Source: Alphaproteobacteria bacterium
GTDB taxonomy: Bacteria; Pseudomonadota; Alphaproteobacteria; GCA-2731375
Reading direction: 5' to 3'
Assembly (NCBI GenBank): GCA_965225945.1
Contig: CBDDBZ010000037.1
Location: 352,001-416,000 of the forward strand
DNA: 64,000 nt
The notes under the pieces were generated by a model that worked only from the letters and a program-made list of their open reading frames with translations, searched no databases and was not told the DNA's origin. Shown here one piece after another: positions 43,104 through 53,514 of this stretch. The position numbers and the translations under genes were made by a program. Within the stretch, counting starts at the first letter, position 1, and each line of letters starts with the position of its first letter.

Positions 43104-44332
43104 CGCGCAGCCGATGAGAACGGGGTGGACCCACGCCCAAACCCGCACGATACTGCGCATATGGGTCGTGCCTTGCATGGCTCGGGGGGTGCGGTGCCGG
43201 TCGTTGCCAGCAAGCAAACGGGGCCGGCGCCGCATCGTTCTCAGCGGCCCGAGTGTACTCCCGCGGCTCCCCTTGTCAGGTCCGCGGAACCGCCGCCGCC
43301 AGCCAGCCAAAACAGGAATCGAGACGCCCGCCCGCGGTGGATAAGCAGCCCGCCGCCGCCAGACTCTTGGCGGTCGCCGCGGCGGGCTACTTACCCACCG
43401 CTGCGCCGAGCCAACTCCCGCCTGCAAACCACGCAGCTACAGCGCCACGATGCCCGATGTCGCTGAAATCACCATCTAAGCGCGGTTTTTCATCGCCACC
43501 GACACCCGGCGCCTTCGCGAATCGATGACCGCGCGAGACCGGCGGATAGTCGCCATCCGATGCCGCACCTCTCTGGCGAGCTTGGCCGTGCCCTGCGCAC
43601 CGGCAAGCTCGAGTCGAAGCATCCGCCGAGCCGCGGGTCTTCCCTTGCTGACTTCGATCAGCAGGTCGGCGAGGCGCTCTGCCCCGAGAGCCTTCAGGTT
43701 CCTGGCGTTGAGAGTTTTCTTCGATGTCATATCGCAGCCGGGTCGCATTGCAGTCTGGGTGCGCAGGACCTTGATCCGTCGCTCCATATCGCGCAATAGC
43801 TGGGATGGGGGCGGGCTGGCCCGGAGACGCTCGGGCCAGCTGACCCCACTAAGGGACGCAGCCGCAATCCCGGGGCCGGCCAGGAAGCCGGGATAAACGG
43901 GGACGGAAGGATACAAGGGGGTTAAACAAGAGCGATTTCGATTCGATGACGGATGCCCTAGGCTCTGGCGCTCGACAGTCCGGAAAATTGAGCCACACCA
44001 AGGACTTGATATCTGGGCGGATACATGGCGCGACACGAGATTGCAAATGCGGCAAGGAGGTGATGTACCGCAACATCTTGATGTGGTTGATCAGGTAGGC
44101 GGCCTGAGATTCTGTTTGAGCATGTGATCTTGGTCCGGTGTGTTGCGTGAGTTTCCCGCTGCGGCACCCCCGAAGCAACGATTGATGCCACGTTGGGCTG
44201 TCCGAGCGCGCCAAAATCACTCGTTGAACGCATTCTCAAACGGTCTCTGAGAAACAGACGGAATACACCTTAAGTCAGCCGCCAAGCAGCTCGAATAGGC
44301 GAGGTCAACTCAGCACAGGAGCGCGTCACCAA

Positions 44333-46375
44333 ATGAAACTCTTCCTCCAGCAGCTCGAAGCGCATCTGTGGGGCGCCGCGAACATCCTGCGCGGCAAGAC
44401 AGCGGGACAGGACTACAAGAACTACATATTGTCGCTGATGTTCTACAAGCGGCTCTGCGATCAGTGGGAGTGGGAGGCGGACGACGCCATCACCGAGCAG
44501 GAACGGCAGCAGGGCCGACCATTCACCGAGACGCAGAAGGCGATCTTCCGCAAGCGCGGCGAGCATCGATTTGCCATCCCGGACGGCTCGCGGTGGGGAG
44601 ATGTCAAGGCAGTCTCGGTGAACATCGGCGAGGCCCTGACACGCGCGATGCGGGCCGTGGCCGACGCCAACAACGAGCTGCGGGGTGTGTTCACGGTTGA
44701 CTGGAACCAGCCGGCACCCGACGGGTCGGGCAAGCCGCTGATCGCCAATGAAGTCGTCCATGCGCTGGTCCAGCACTTTGATGAGCACGATCTGTCGAAC
44801 CGTAGCGTGCCGGCCGATGTGCTGGGCCGGGCCTACGAGTACCTCATCAAGAAGTTTGCCGACGACGCCGGCGCGAAGGCGGGCGAGTTCTTTACGCCCC
44901 CAGAGGTCGTGGACACCCTGGTGCGCATCCTGGAGCCGGGTCCCGGCGATAGCATCTACGACCCGACCGCGGGCTCCGGCGGGATGCTCGTGCACGCCGC
45001 CGACTACCTCCGCGAACACGGGCATCACGCGACCCATGCGCGCTACTTTGCGCAGGAAATGAACTGGGGCAACGCCGCCATCGGCAAGATCAACTCCGTG
45101 CTCCACGGCCTCGAAGCCGACATCCGGGCCGGCAATAGCACCATCACCGACCCGCTGTTTCTCGAAGGTGGCGAGGTGCGCAGGTTCTCTCTGGTGCTCG
45201 CCAATTTTCCGTTCTCGGACGACTACTGGTGGCTGAAGCCGGAGCAGCATACCGACGACAAGACCAGGAAGGCCCGGCTCAAGAAGGAGATTTTCGGCAA
45301 TGAGGGCTACAAGGACCCGTTCGGTCGTTTCGGCCGCGGCACCGGCTTCCAGGCGCCGCCGGCCGGCTACGGGGACTACGCGTTCATACTCCACATCCTC
45401 GCTTCGCTCTCCGACGACGGGCGGGCCGGCATCGTCTGCCCGCAGGGCGTGCTCTTCCGCGGCCAGCCGGAAGTCGAGGAAGAGACAGGCGACTTCGACG
45501 CCAGGGGGAAGCCCAAGGTGAGGCGGCGCAAGGCCGACGACGAGCATCTCATCCGCCGGGCGCTGCTCGAGTCCCGGCTGATCGACGCCGTCATCTCGCT
45601 GCCGCTCAACGTCTTCTACGGCGCAGGCGTGCCCGCGTGCCTGTTGATCCTGCGCAAGCAGCGCCCCGTGGAGCGCCGGGACCGGGTTCTGCTGATCTAT
45701 GCCGCCCGGCACTACCGCGAGCTCTCCGCCCAGAACGAGCTGCGCCCCCAGGACGTGATGCGGATGCTCGTGCACTACCACTCCTACGGTGATGCGTCGA
45801 AGGCGCCCGGCCTCGTGGAAGAGCACAGCGAGAGGGTTCACTGCGAGATCGACCGACGGGAGGCGGACGAGGTCGGCCGGCTCGAGGCCGAATATCAGCC
45901 TCAAGCCGACAGGCTGGCCGCGCTCAACAACGCGCTTCAGGAGGCCCGCGAAAAGCAGCGCGCATCCGCGACGAAGCGCGACAAGGCGAAAGCGGCGCCA
46001 GCGTTGACAAAGCTCCAGAAGCAACGCGACAAGATCGCGGCGAAGGTCGCGGAGCGCGACGAGCGCATCGCCGAGGCGCGTCGCAACGCCGAGGACGACC
46101 GTGCGGACATCAGCGCGGTGGGCGAGGAGCTGGTCGCCCTCTATGCCGATCCCGACGAGCTGATCAAGCACGCCCGCGTCGTCGACATGGATGAGGTCGA
46201 GGAGAACGAGTTCAACCTCAACGTGCCTCGGTACGTGGATACCTTCGAGCCGGAGCCGCGGATGGATGTCGATGAAGTGCTCAGGGCACTCGTTAATGCT
46301 GAGAAGAAGGCGGAGGACGCCGAAGCGACTCTCCTGAATCTCTTGCGGGATGTCGGTTATGCCGTCGGTAAGTAG
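44333..46375 (+). CDS. hsdM: Type I R-M methyltransferase subunit
   Basis: LWGAANILRG, GEFFTP, YDPTAGSGG, motif IV NFPF, FNLNVPRYV. Confidence 0.94.
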   Translation: MKLFLQQLEAHLWGAANILRGKTAGQDYKNYILSLMFYKRLCDQWEWEADDAITEQERQQGRPFTETQKAIFRKRGEHRFAIPDGSRWGDVKAVSVNIGEALTRAMRAVADANNELRGVFTVDWNQPAPDGSGKPLIANEVVHALVQHFDEHDLSNRSVPADVLGRAYEYLIKKFADDAGAKAGEFFTPPEVVDTLVRILEPGPGDSIYDPTAGSGGMLVHAADYLREHGHHATHARYFAQEMNWGNAAIGKINSVLHGLEADIRAGNSTITDPLFLEGGEVRRFSLVLANFPFSDDYWWLKPEQHTDDKTRKARLKKEIFGNEGYKDPFGRFGRGTGFQAPPAGYGDYAFILHILASLSDDGRAGIVCPQGVLFRGQPEVEEETGDFDARGKPKVRRRKADDEHLIRRALLESRLIDAVISLPLNVFYGAGVPACLLILRKQRPVERRDRVLLIYAARHYRELSAQNELRPQDVMRMLVHYHSYGDASKAPGLVEEHSERVHCEIDRREADEVGRLEAEYQPQADRLAALNNALQEAREKQRASATKRDKAKAAPALTKLQKQRDKIAAKVAERDERIAEARRNAEDDRADISAVGEELVALYADPDELIKHARVVDMDEVEENEFNLNVPRYVDTFEPEPRMDVDEVLRALVNAEKKAEDAEATLLNLLRDVGYAVGK

Positions 46376-47621
46376 GGTCCTCTCGGGGTGTCAGATCTTC
46401 GACAGCCGCACCGCGCCCGACGGTTGGGCGTGTGTCCCGTTGGGAGAGCGCATCGAATTGGCATATGGACGTGGTTTGCGTGAAGAGGACCGGGAACCGG
46501 GCGACATCGATGTCTACGGATCGAACGGCGTTGTCGGAAGCCATACTCGTGCCCTCGTGAGCGGACCGGGGATTCTCGTCGGCCGCAAGGGCACGGTGGG
46601 CGCTATTCACTATGCAAGTGATCCGTTCTGGCCAATCGACACGGTCTACTACGTCGTGCCGCGGCGTGGGGACAATCTGCGATTCCTCCATCATCTCCTG
46701 AATTACTTGCCTCTGAAGTTTATGAACGCCGCTACCGGCGTACCGGGTTTATCTCGTCGCGACGCCTATTCACTTCTTGGCGTATTCCCCCGAGTCGAAG
46801 AGCAAGCCGCCATCGCCCGCATTCTCGACGCCGTGGACACGTCGCTGAAACGAACTCGTGAAGCTGTAGAACAGACGCAGCAGCTAAAAAAAGCTTTACT
46901 TGACCAGTTTCTCTACGAAGCGCTCGGCGAGACTATGTACGCGGACCGACCGCGGCGCGAGTTGCCCGACCGTTGGACGCTTGTATCCACAGAGCACCTA
47001 TTGGCTAGTGATCCGAAGAATGGAATGTCACCACCGACATCTTCCAGACCCCCAGGAGTCCCCACCTTTAGCATCGGAGCTATCCGGCATGGTCGAGTGA
47101 ATCTCAATGACAAGGACCACCTGAAATACGCCAAACTATCGGATACCGACACGTCGAGTCGTTTCCGCGTCAGAAGGGGAGATATCCTGATCGTTCGAGG
47201 CAATGCAAACCCCGATCTTGTGGGAAGGGCTGGAGTGATTAATGAATTCCCACGCGACTGCTTCTATCCTGACATTGCAAAGCGTGTCACATTCGGGACT
47301 AATTGTTCACCAAGAATTCTGCCAACATTCGCCGTTCTCGTTTGGAACCATTCGACTGTGCACAACCAAGTCCTGCGCCGGGCAAAGACTTCGAATGGGA
47401 CGCTCAAGATAAACAACCGCGACGTTAAGCAGATAGTCCTGCCGGTTCCGCCGGAGAACGACCAGGTCCGGATCGCTGCGATCACCGTGGCAATCGAAGA
47501 AAAGTGCGATGCGCTGATGGTTGTCAACGCCTCACTTGAACAACTCAAGAAATCCCTCATGCACGACCTATTCACCGGCAAGGTCCGAGTCGGCGATATG
47601 ACGGAGGCCCTCGCGCCATGA
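46359..47621 (+). CDS. hsdS: Type I R-M specificity subunit
   Basis: Two TRDs with EEQAAIARIL and LKKSLMHDLFTG conserved helices; lower GC. Confidence 0.92.
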   Translation: MPSVSRVLSGCQIFDSRTAPDGWACVPLGERIELAYGRGLREEDREPGDIDVYGSNGVVGSHTRALVSGPGILVGRKGTVGAIHYASDPFWPIDTVYYVVPRRGDNLRFLHHLLNYLPLKFMNAATGVPGLSRRDAYSLLGVFPRVEEQAAIARILDAVDTSLKRTREAVEQTQQLKKALLDQFLYEALGETMYADRPRRELPDRWTLVSTEHLLASDPKNGMSPPTSSRPPGVPTFSIGAIRHGRVNLNDKDHLKYAKLSDTDTSSRFRVRRGDILIVRGNANPDLVGRAGVINEFPRDCFYPDIAKRVTFGTNCSPRILPTFAVLVWNHSTVHNQVLRRAKTSNGTLKINNRDVKQIVLPVPPENDQVRIAAITVAIEEKCDALMVVNASLEQLKKSLMHDLFTGKVRVGDMTEALAP

Positions 47622-50600
47622 GTGAGTACGGCTACGTCGAACGGCCGATCCTGAACTGGCTCTGCGGAGAGCCCGGAGCCACCTACCCGGTAGGTGGGCT
47701 CGGGTGGACGTACCGCGACGAGGCGGCCATGGCGGAGTTCGGTCGGCCCTTGGAAGACCCGCTCGTTGAGCAGTTGCTGAAGGAGGCCATCGTTCGCCTC
47801 AACCCGCACGTGGAGACCGAGACGCAGGCATGGCGGGCAGTGGAGGCGCTGCGCAAGGCGATGGGGCAGCCGGACCGGCTTGCCGCCAACCGCGCGACGC
47901 TCGACCTGCTGCGCGACGGGGCCAGGGTCGCGCTCCGTCCCGGCGAGGACGCCCGGACCGTGCAGTTCATCGCATTCGAGGCGGAGCGTCAGCATCTGAA
48001 CGACTTCACCGCGACCAATCAGTATCGCGTGCAAGGTGTCAAGCAGTGCCGCGATGACACGGTGCTGCTGGTCAACGGCATCCCCATCGTGGTCGCCGAG
48101 TACAAGAGCTACCTGACCAGCGGCGACGACTGGTGCCAAGCGGTGCACCAGCTCCACCGCTACCAGCGCCAAGCGCCCTTGATGCTGGCCCCCAACGTCT
48201 TCTGCGTGGCTGCCGACGAGGACGAATTCCGTTACGGGACGGTGCTGTTTCACGACGCGAGCAAGGAGGACGTCGACCGCCACCTCGACCAATGGGGCCG
48301 CTGGCTCAGCCTCTATCCGGACCATCACGGCTGGTGGAACGAGCCCGCGGCCGCGGACCCCGCCGACCCGCTGGAGACGCCCGTCAAGGGTCTCCTGCGG
48401 CTGAAGCCGGCGCACTTGCTAGACTTCTTGCAACACTTCGTCGTCTTCGAGACCAAGAGAGGCGCGACCGCGAAGAAGATCGCCCGCTATCAACAGTTCG
48501 AGGCGGTGAACGAGCTGGTAGACCGCACGGTGGCGCAGGTGGGTAATCCGGTCAGCGCCCAGGATCGGACCGGCCTCATCTGGCATACGCAGGGCTCCGG
48601 CAAGTCGCTCACCATGGTGTTCGCCGGCCAGAAGCTGCGCCGACATCCGGCGCTCGACAATCCGACGGTGCTTATCGTCGTCGACCGGCGCGACCTCAAG
48701 ACACAACTCTCGGACGACTTCGACGCCTGCGACTATCCCAACGTCGAAAAGGCGCTGGGGGTCCAGGATCTCAAGCGGAGGCTACGGACTGACTGGCGCG
48801 GCACACTGGTGACGACCCTGCAATCGTTCCAGAAGATGGATGACCTTGATCCGCTGAGCCGCGACAACATCGTGAGCCTGGTGGATGAGTGCCATCGCTC
48901 GCAGACCGGAACGAGCAAGGGCAGTCGCGAGAGCCACGCGCTCACCATGCGCGTCAAGCTTGAAAACGGGTTCCGGTTCGGCTTCACCGGGACGCCCATC
49001 GACCGCACCCTGCAGAACACCCATCGCGATTTCGGCCCGCTGAAGGACGGAGTGCAGGAGCGCTACCTGAGCTACTACGGCATCCGCCGCTCTATCAAGG
49101 ACGGGGCGACGCTGGAGGTCCACTACGTCCGCGACACAGTGCCCATCGAAGTGGACGAGGAGCCCTTGAGCGTAGGGTTCGAGAAGCTCTGCGAGGAAAT
49201 GGAACTCGAGGACGAAGAAGCAAAGGACTTCGTCCAACGCCAGCGGTCCCAATGGAAGGAGCTTGTTCGGCATTCGGACCGGGTGGACATCGTGCTCGAC
49301 AAGATGCTTGCCCACTTTCTGGCATATCCCGACCCGAGCGGCTTCAAGGCTCAGCTCGTTGCCGTCGATCGCAAGGCGTGTGCGGTCTACAAGGATGCCC
49401 TCGACCGTCGGTTGCGCGACCGGGGACTCCCGCCGGAAACTTCGGACGTGATCATCTCCAAGGCGCAGAACAGCGAGCCCGATGTCCAGCGATTCGAGTA
49501 TGCCAAAGCGAAACAGGACGAGCTGATCGACTACTTCAAGCTGACCCCGGCGCAGTGGGAGGACTGGAACCGGGAGTGCCACGGGGACGACCGGAGCCGG
49601 TGGCGACCACCGCTCAAGATTCTCATCGTCTGCGACCGCCTTCTCACCGGGTTCGACGCGCCGGTGGAGCAGGTGATGTATCTGGACAAGCCGCTGCGCG
49701 ACCACAACCTGCTTCAGGCCATCGCCCGAACCAACCGGCCGCTGCCGTCGATGAAGAAGCGGACGGGGATCGTCGTCGACTTCTTCGGAGTCTTTGCCGA
49801 CCTCGAGAAGGCGCTTAACTTCGATGAGAGCGTTTGCGAAGAGTCCCTGATCGACTGGGACAGGCTGCGGGAGGCGGTGTCCGGCGAAAGCTCCCGGTGC
49901 ATGGAAACCTTCGAGGGCATCGCCATCGAGGATACGCGCGAGTGTCTCCTGTCCGCCCTGCGGCGGCTCCGCGATTCCGAGACCGCGAAGAACTTCGAGC
50001 AGAACTTCAGGAGCCTCGAACGGCTCTGGGAAGCCGTGTCGCCCGACCCGTGCCTGTACCCGTACCGTCTCCAGTACAACTGGCTGTGCGGCATCTACGT
50101 CGCGCACCGGCGGCGGCAGCGCGGGAGCAGGGATACCTATGGGAAACTGTCCGCTAAGACGAAGGAACTGATAGAAGAGAACACGACTTTTGTCGAGATG
50201 GCGCAGTCGCTGCCGGTCCTCAAGATCGACCGGGACTACGCAGGGAAGCTGGACGAACTTCCGACGCCAGCCGACAAGGCGGCCGCCCTCGAAGCGATGC
50301 TGACCGCCGAGCTGGCGGAGGACGATCCGGGCTTCCTGTATCGACTACTGGGGGAGAGGCTCCAGAAGATCAAGGAACGGCAGGAAACTGATGAGGAAGC
50401 CACCGCGAAGCGCCTGCGGGAATTGGAAGCCATCGCAGGCGAGGCGGCCGACGCGAGGGTGGAGCCGGAACGGCTGGGCCTCACGCAATCCGGGGAGTAC
50501 GGACTGTTCACGATTCTGCGGGTCCACACCTCCGTCACCGACGAGACCTACATCGCGGAGTGTGCACGCAACATGGTCGGCCACCTGCGGCAGCACAGAC

Positions 50601-50782
50601 TCCTGGTGACGGGGTGGAGCAACTCGGTCAGTGGGCGCATGGGCGTGGAGCAGTCGCTGTTAGCGGAGTCGTGGAATCCGCGTTACGAACGGCTGGGGTT
50701 CGATACGACCGCCCCAGCCCCTCCGTTCCTGAAGCCGGCAGTGGAGGAACTGGCCAAGTCGGACGGGGTATCTGACGGGTGA
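47618..50782 (+). CDS. hsdR: Type I R-M restriction subunit
   Basis: D..LLVNGIP..EYK nuclease motif, QGSGKS, DECHR, FTGTP, LLTGFDAP, QAIARTNR. Confidence 0.95.
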   Translation: MSEYGYVERPILNWLCGEPGATYPVGGLGWTYRDEAAMAEFGRPLEDPLVEQLLKEAIVRLNPHVETETQAWRAVEALRKAMGQPDRLAANRATLDLLRDGARVALRPGEDARTVQFIAFEAERQHLNDFTATNQYRVQGVKQCRDDTVLLVNGIPIVVAEYKSYLTSGDDWCQAVHQLHRYQRQAPLMLAPNVFCVAADEDEFRYGTVLFHDASKEDVDRHLDQWGRWLSLYPDHHGWWNEPAAADPADPLETPVKGLLRLKPAHLLDFLQHFVVFETKRGATAKKIARYQQFEAVNELVDRTVAQVGNPVSAQDRTGLIWHTQGSGKSLTMVFAGQKLRRHPALDNPTVLIVVDRRDLKTQLSDDFDACDYPNVEKALGVQDLKRRLRTDWRGTLVTTLQSFQKMDDLDPLSRDNIVSLVDECHRSQTGTSKGSRESHALTMRVKLENGFRFGFTGTPIDRTLQNTHRDFGPLKDGVQERYLSYYGIRRSIKDGATLEVHYVRDTVPIEVDEEPLSVGFEKLCEEMELEDEEAKDFVQRQRSQWKELVRHSDRVDIVLDKMLAHFLAYPDPSGFKAQLVAVDRKACAVYKDALDRRLRDRGLPPETSDVIISKAQNSEPDVQRFEYAKAKQDELIDYFKLTPAQWEDWNRECHGDDRSRWRPPLKILIVCDRLLTGFDAPVEQVMYLDKPLRDHNLLQAIARTNRPLPSMKKRTGIVVDFFGVFADLEKALNFDESVCEESLIDWDRLREAVSGESSRCMETFEGIAIEDTRECLLSALRRLRDSETAKNFEQNFRSLERLWEAVSPDPCLYPYRLQYNWLCGIYVAHRRRQRGSRDTYGKLSAKTKELIEENTTFVEMAQSLPVLKIDRDYAGKLDELPTPADKAAALEAMLTAELAEDDPGFLYRLLGERLQKIKERQETDEEATAKRLRELEAIAGEAADARVEPERLGLTQSGEYGLFTILRVHTSVTDETYIAECARNMVGHLRQHRLLVTGWSNSVSGRMGVEQSLLAESWNPRYERLGFDTTAPAPPFLKPAVEELAKSDGVSDG

Positions 50783-51522
50783 AGGCCGTAACGCAACATC
50801 GGATCGAGCTGCGCGGCAGTCGCGTGGACTACGACGTGGTCGTCTCCAGGGCCGCCCGGCAGACCCGCATTCGGGTCGGTCCAGGCGGTGTCGAGGTCGT
50901 GCAGCCGGCGGGCGCGAGCGACGGGGACGTGTCGGCGTTCTTGCGTCGGAACGAGAGCTGGGTGCTCGCCCAGCTCGACCGAGTGGCGAGTCTTCGTGCA
51001 CTAAGGCGGCCGGTGCGGCGGCAGTCTGGGGAAATCCTGTATCGCGGCGAACTGACCCCAGTGCGCGTCGAGTTCGTCGACACGAAGGCTCGCGGAAACC
51101 GCGTCGCGTGGAGCGACGGGGAGATCGTCGTTCGCCGCGGGCCGGAGACGCAAACGCCAGCAGTGCGCGGTCTCGAGAACTGGCTGAGAGGACAGGCGCG
51201 CTCGGCCATTGCGGACTACTTGCTTGTGGTGACCGCGCGCATTGGGCGGGAGCCCGCGCGGGTCTACGTGATGGGTCAGCGCACGAAGTGGGGCAACTGC
51301 TCGTCCCGCAGGAATCTGTCCTTCAACTGGCGGCTCATTCTTGCGCCGGATTTCGTACTCCGTTACCTCGTTGCGCACGAGGTCGTGCATCTGGTCGTCC
51401 CGGATCATTCGGCGAAGTTTTGGTTGACCGTGCAGAGCCTTTGTCCCGACATGGAGCGAGCCAAGCAATGGCTAAGCCGTCATCACGCAGAGCTCACCGT
51501 GAGCCTTGCAAGCGTCATGTAG
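50779..51522 (+). CDS. M48/YgjP (DUF45) family metal-dependent hydrolase
   Basis: KWGNCS, FNWRL, HEVVH, HSAKFW; overlaps the hsdR stop. Confidence 0.9.
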   Translation: MKAVTQHRIELRGSRVDYDVVVSRAARQTRIRVGPGGVEVVQPAGASDGDVSAFLRRNESWVLAQLDRVASLRALRRPVRRQSGEILYRGELTPVRVEFVDTKARGNRVAWSDGEIVVRRGPETQTPAVRGLENWLRGQARSAIADYLLVVTARIGREPARVYVMGQRTKWGNCSSRRNLSFNWRLILAPDFVLRYLVAHEVVHLVVPDHSAKFWLTVQSLCPDMERAKQWLSRHHAELTVSLASVM

Positions 51523-51592
51523 ATACAGGTGAAGGCAAAAAGAAACTCAACCGGCTGTCTGAGGACTACGGGATGGAGCAATAGGTGAAAAC

Positions 51593-52496
51593 ATGAACCT
51601 GAGTAAACGTTCCAAGCTGTCCCTCTGCCAGTTCCTGTCGTTGTTCGGACGCGAAGACCTGATCCTCCTTCTCAGCAAGTACGGGTTCTCGACAGACGAG
51701 CTCGAAAACCAATGGGCTGGTGTCAGCATTGCTGCTGCGTTGAGAGAAGTCGTCATTCCGGCGTCGGCTCAGCTTGAAAGTCTCGTTCAAGAGCTCGCCA
51801 GGACCCGAGACTCCATGCGTACCGGTGTTTCTCCGCGCTATCACTTTGACGAGCGATGGACTGACTTGCGCTTCACAGCTTGAAAGTCTCGTTCAAGAGC
51901 TCGCCAGGACCCGAGACTCCATGCGTACCGGTGTTTCTCCGCGCTATCACTTTGACGAGCGATGGACTGACTTGCGATTGTGTCTGGAACTCGATGGATA
52001 TGCCAAGGAGCGGGATGAATACGAAGTGGAGCAGGATCGTTTCGTTCCGATTGAACCGATCATTGAAGGCGCCGAGGCCGCCGAAGACGACCTGACAAAG
52101 GAACTCCGACGGTCTGGCCTTCCCGACATCGAAGGGATAATTCAGGTCTTGGACGGTTCAGCGAGCGCATTTCGGAACAGTGATTTTAATGGCTGTCTCA
52201 ACAACGCACGCGTGGCCCTGCAAACATTGGCGACTTCGATCGCGCGTGAACGGCTCCCGAACGATCCTGGCGGCTTCGATGAAACAAAATGGGGCCAGGT
52301 GATCGCCCAGCTAAGAACCACGGGCTTCATTACCCGGCAGCAAGAGCATGGTCTTGCAGGAGTGTTTGGTTTGATAAGCCCCGGCTCGCACACTCCAATC
52401 GGTTTCGACGAGGAGGAATTCGCGAGACTGGGCCGAGGTCTTGCCGTCTCTATCTCCTACTTCCTTGCAAAACGAGTCAACGCGAATGAAGTCTGA
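51593..52496 (+). pseudogene. Hypothetical, possibly Abi-type protein frameshifted by an internal tandem duplication
   Basis: The N-terminal ORF 51593-51883 and the C-terminal frame ending at 52496 share the duplicated segment. Confidence 0.7.
51770..51976 (+). repeat. Direct repeat, 2 x 101 bp, period 106
   Basis: 51770-51870 is identical to 51876-51976. Confidence 0.95.
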
Positions 52497-52927
52497 GCGA
52501 TTTTGCACAATGCGGAGCCATTTCATGCCTCTAACCTTGTCGCCGGGCAGGGTTGTCAAGTGCTGTAGCACCTCCTCTGCAACCCGAGCAACGACGCTCG
52601 CGCATCGGTTGCATAGGAGTGAACCGATCATGGTGGTCGGCGGTTCGGATGGGTGACGGTTGTTCACGGAAGTACCGAACTTTTGGATCCGGACATCGGG
52701 CAGCTCGACGCGCGTCCAGATGCGCTGCCAGGGATGCTGGAGGCCCGTGAGATACTAACCGGGCACCTTGCGCGCGATCACCCGGGGGTTGTACTAATCG
52801 CAGGGTAGAGAGGGCAGGAGTCGAACTGCCGATGGCGCTAGGGGAACCGCGCGCCCGCAAGCCTTTGCGGGAAGGGCATGTGGTCCGAGCCCGGAAACCG
52901 AGTGTAACGTCACAAGCGAGGGTTTTC

Positions 52928-53374
52928 TCAGCAACCCAAGCGCATCCGAGTGGTTAGGTCCCGAATGCCATTAATAGATTGCAAAAAACGGTTTCTTGTT
53001 ACTTGAGTAACACTGCCCTTAGAAAGGCTCTGTTGAACGAGGTAGACCTCTTCAACAAATGCTCCGGGTGCGGCGTGAGCGATGCTTATACATTTTTCAA
53101 TCTCTTTCTGCGTTTCAGGATGTTGAGAGGCGTACCCGCGGGTCTCCAGTATCGTTATCCAGCGATTCCATACTTGCTTCCGGGCAACGTCGAGTTCAGG
53201 TAGCTTTTCTTGCCGGATGAGTCCCGTTGGCGAGGTGGCGGCAAGAACATCTGACATAAGATCCGCCAACTTATCTAGTTCATCAGCTAACGTCTTAGTT
53301 GCTTCCCTCCTATCTACAATCTTCTCTCTTTTCATAATACGGAGCCATTGAAGAACTGCAATTATCATACTCAT
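52928..53374 (-). CDS. Hypothetical low-GC helical protein
   Basis: GGAGGA RBS, 148-aa ORF. Confidence 0.6.
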   Translation of the reverse strand: MSMIIAVLQWLRIMKREKIVDRREATKTLADELDKLADLMSDVLAATSPTGLIRQEKLPELDVARKQVWNRWITILETRGYASQHPETQKEIEKCISIAHAAPGAFVEEVYLVQQSLSKGSVTQVTRNRFLQSINGIRDLTTRMRLGC

Positions 53375-53514
53375 AATTCCTCCGCTTTTTACCGGTCGTG
53401 ACAATGGCGCTGTGACCGGGTGTCCGTTAACAAGATGATTTGGACACTGGCGGCGGTTGTCAAACGGAGTGACGATCCCTCGAATCTGAAGTTTTCCGAA
53501 GCTATACCTCGGAG

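Larger units (their letters stand above)
39370..43504 (-). mobile_element. 4135-bp IS21-type transposon with four co-oriented genes
   Basis: TGT...ACA ends sharing GCGCTTA(T/G)ATGGTG; 5-bp duplication CCCGG (39365-39369, 43505-43509). Confidence 0.92.
38151..43730 (-). pseudogene. DUF6880-like protein (479 aa when restored), split into 43510-43730 and 38151-39369
   Basis: MTSKKTLNARNLKALGAERLA...; removing the element restores SRRRR-DLVDDLE in frame. Confidence 0.85.

Noticed and set aside
43740-44330. ORFs or an ncRNA in the gap before hsdM
   Set aside because: One GC hairpin and weak ORFs only; nothing supportable
51774-52095. Two ORFs with identical N-termini (MKVSFKSSPG...)
   Set aside because: A by-product of the 101-bp duplication read in the wrong frame
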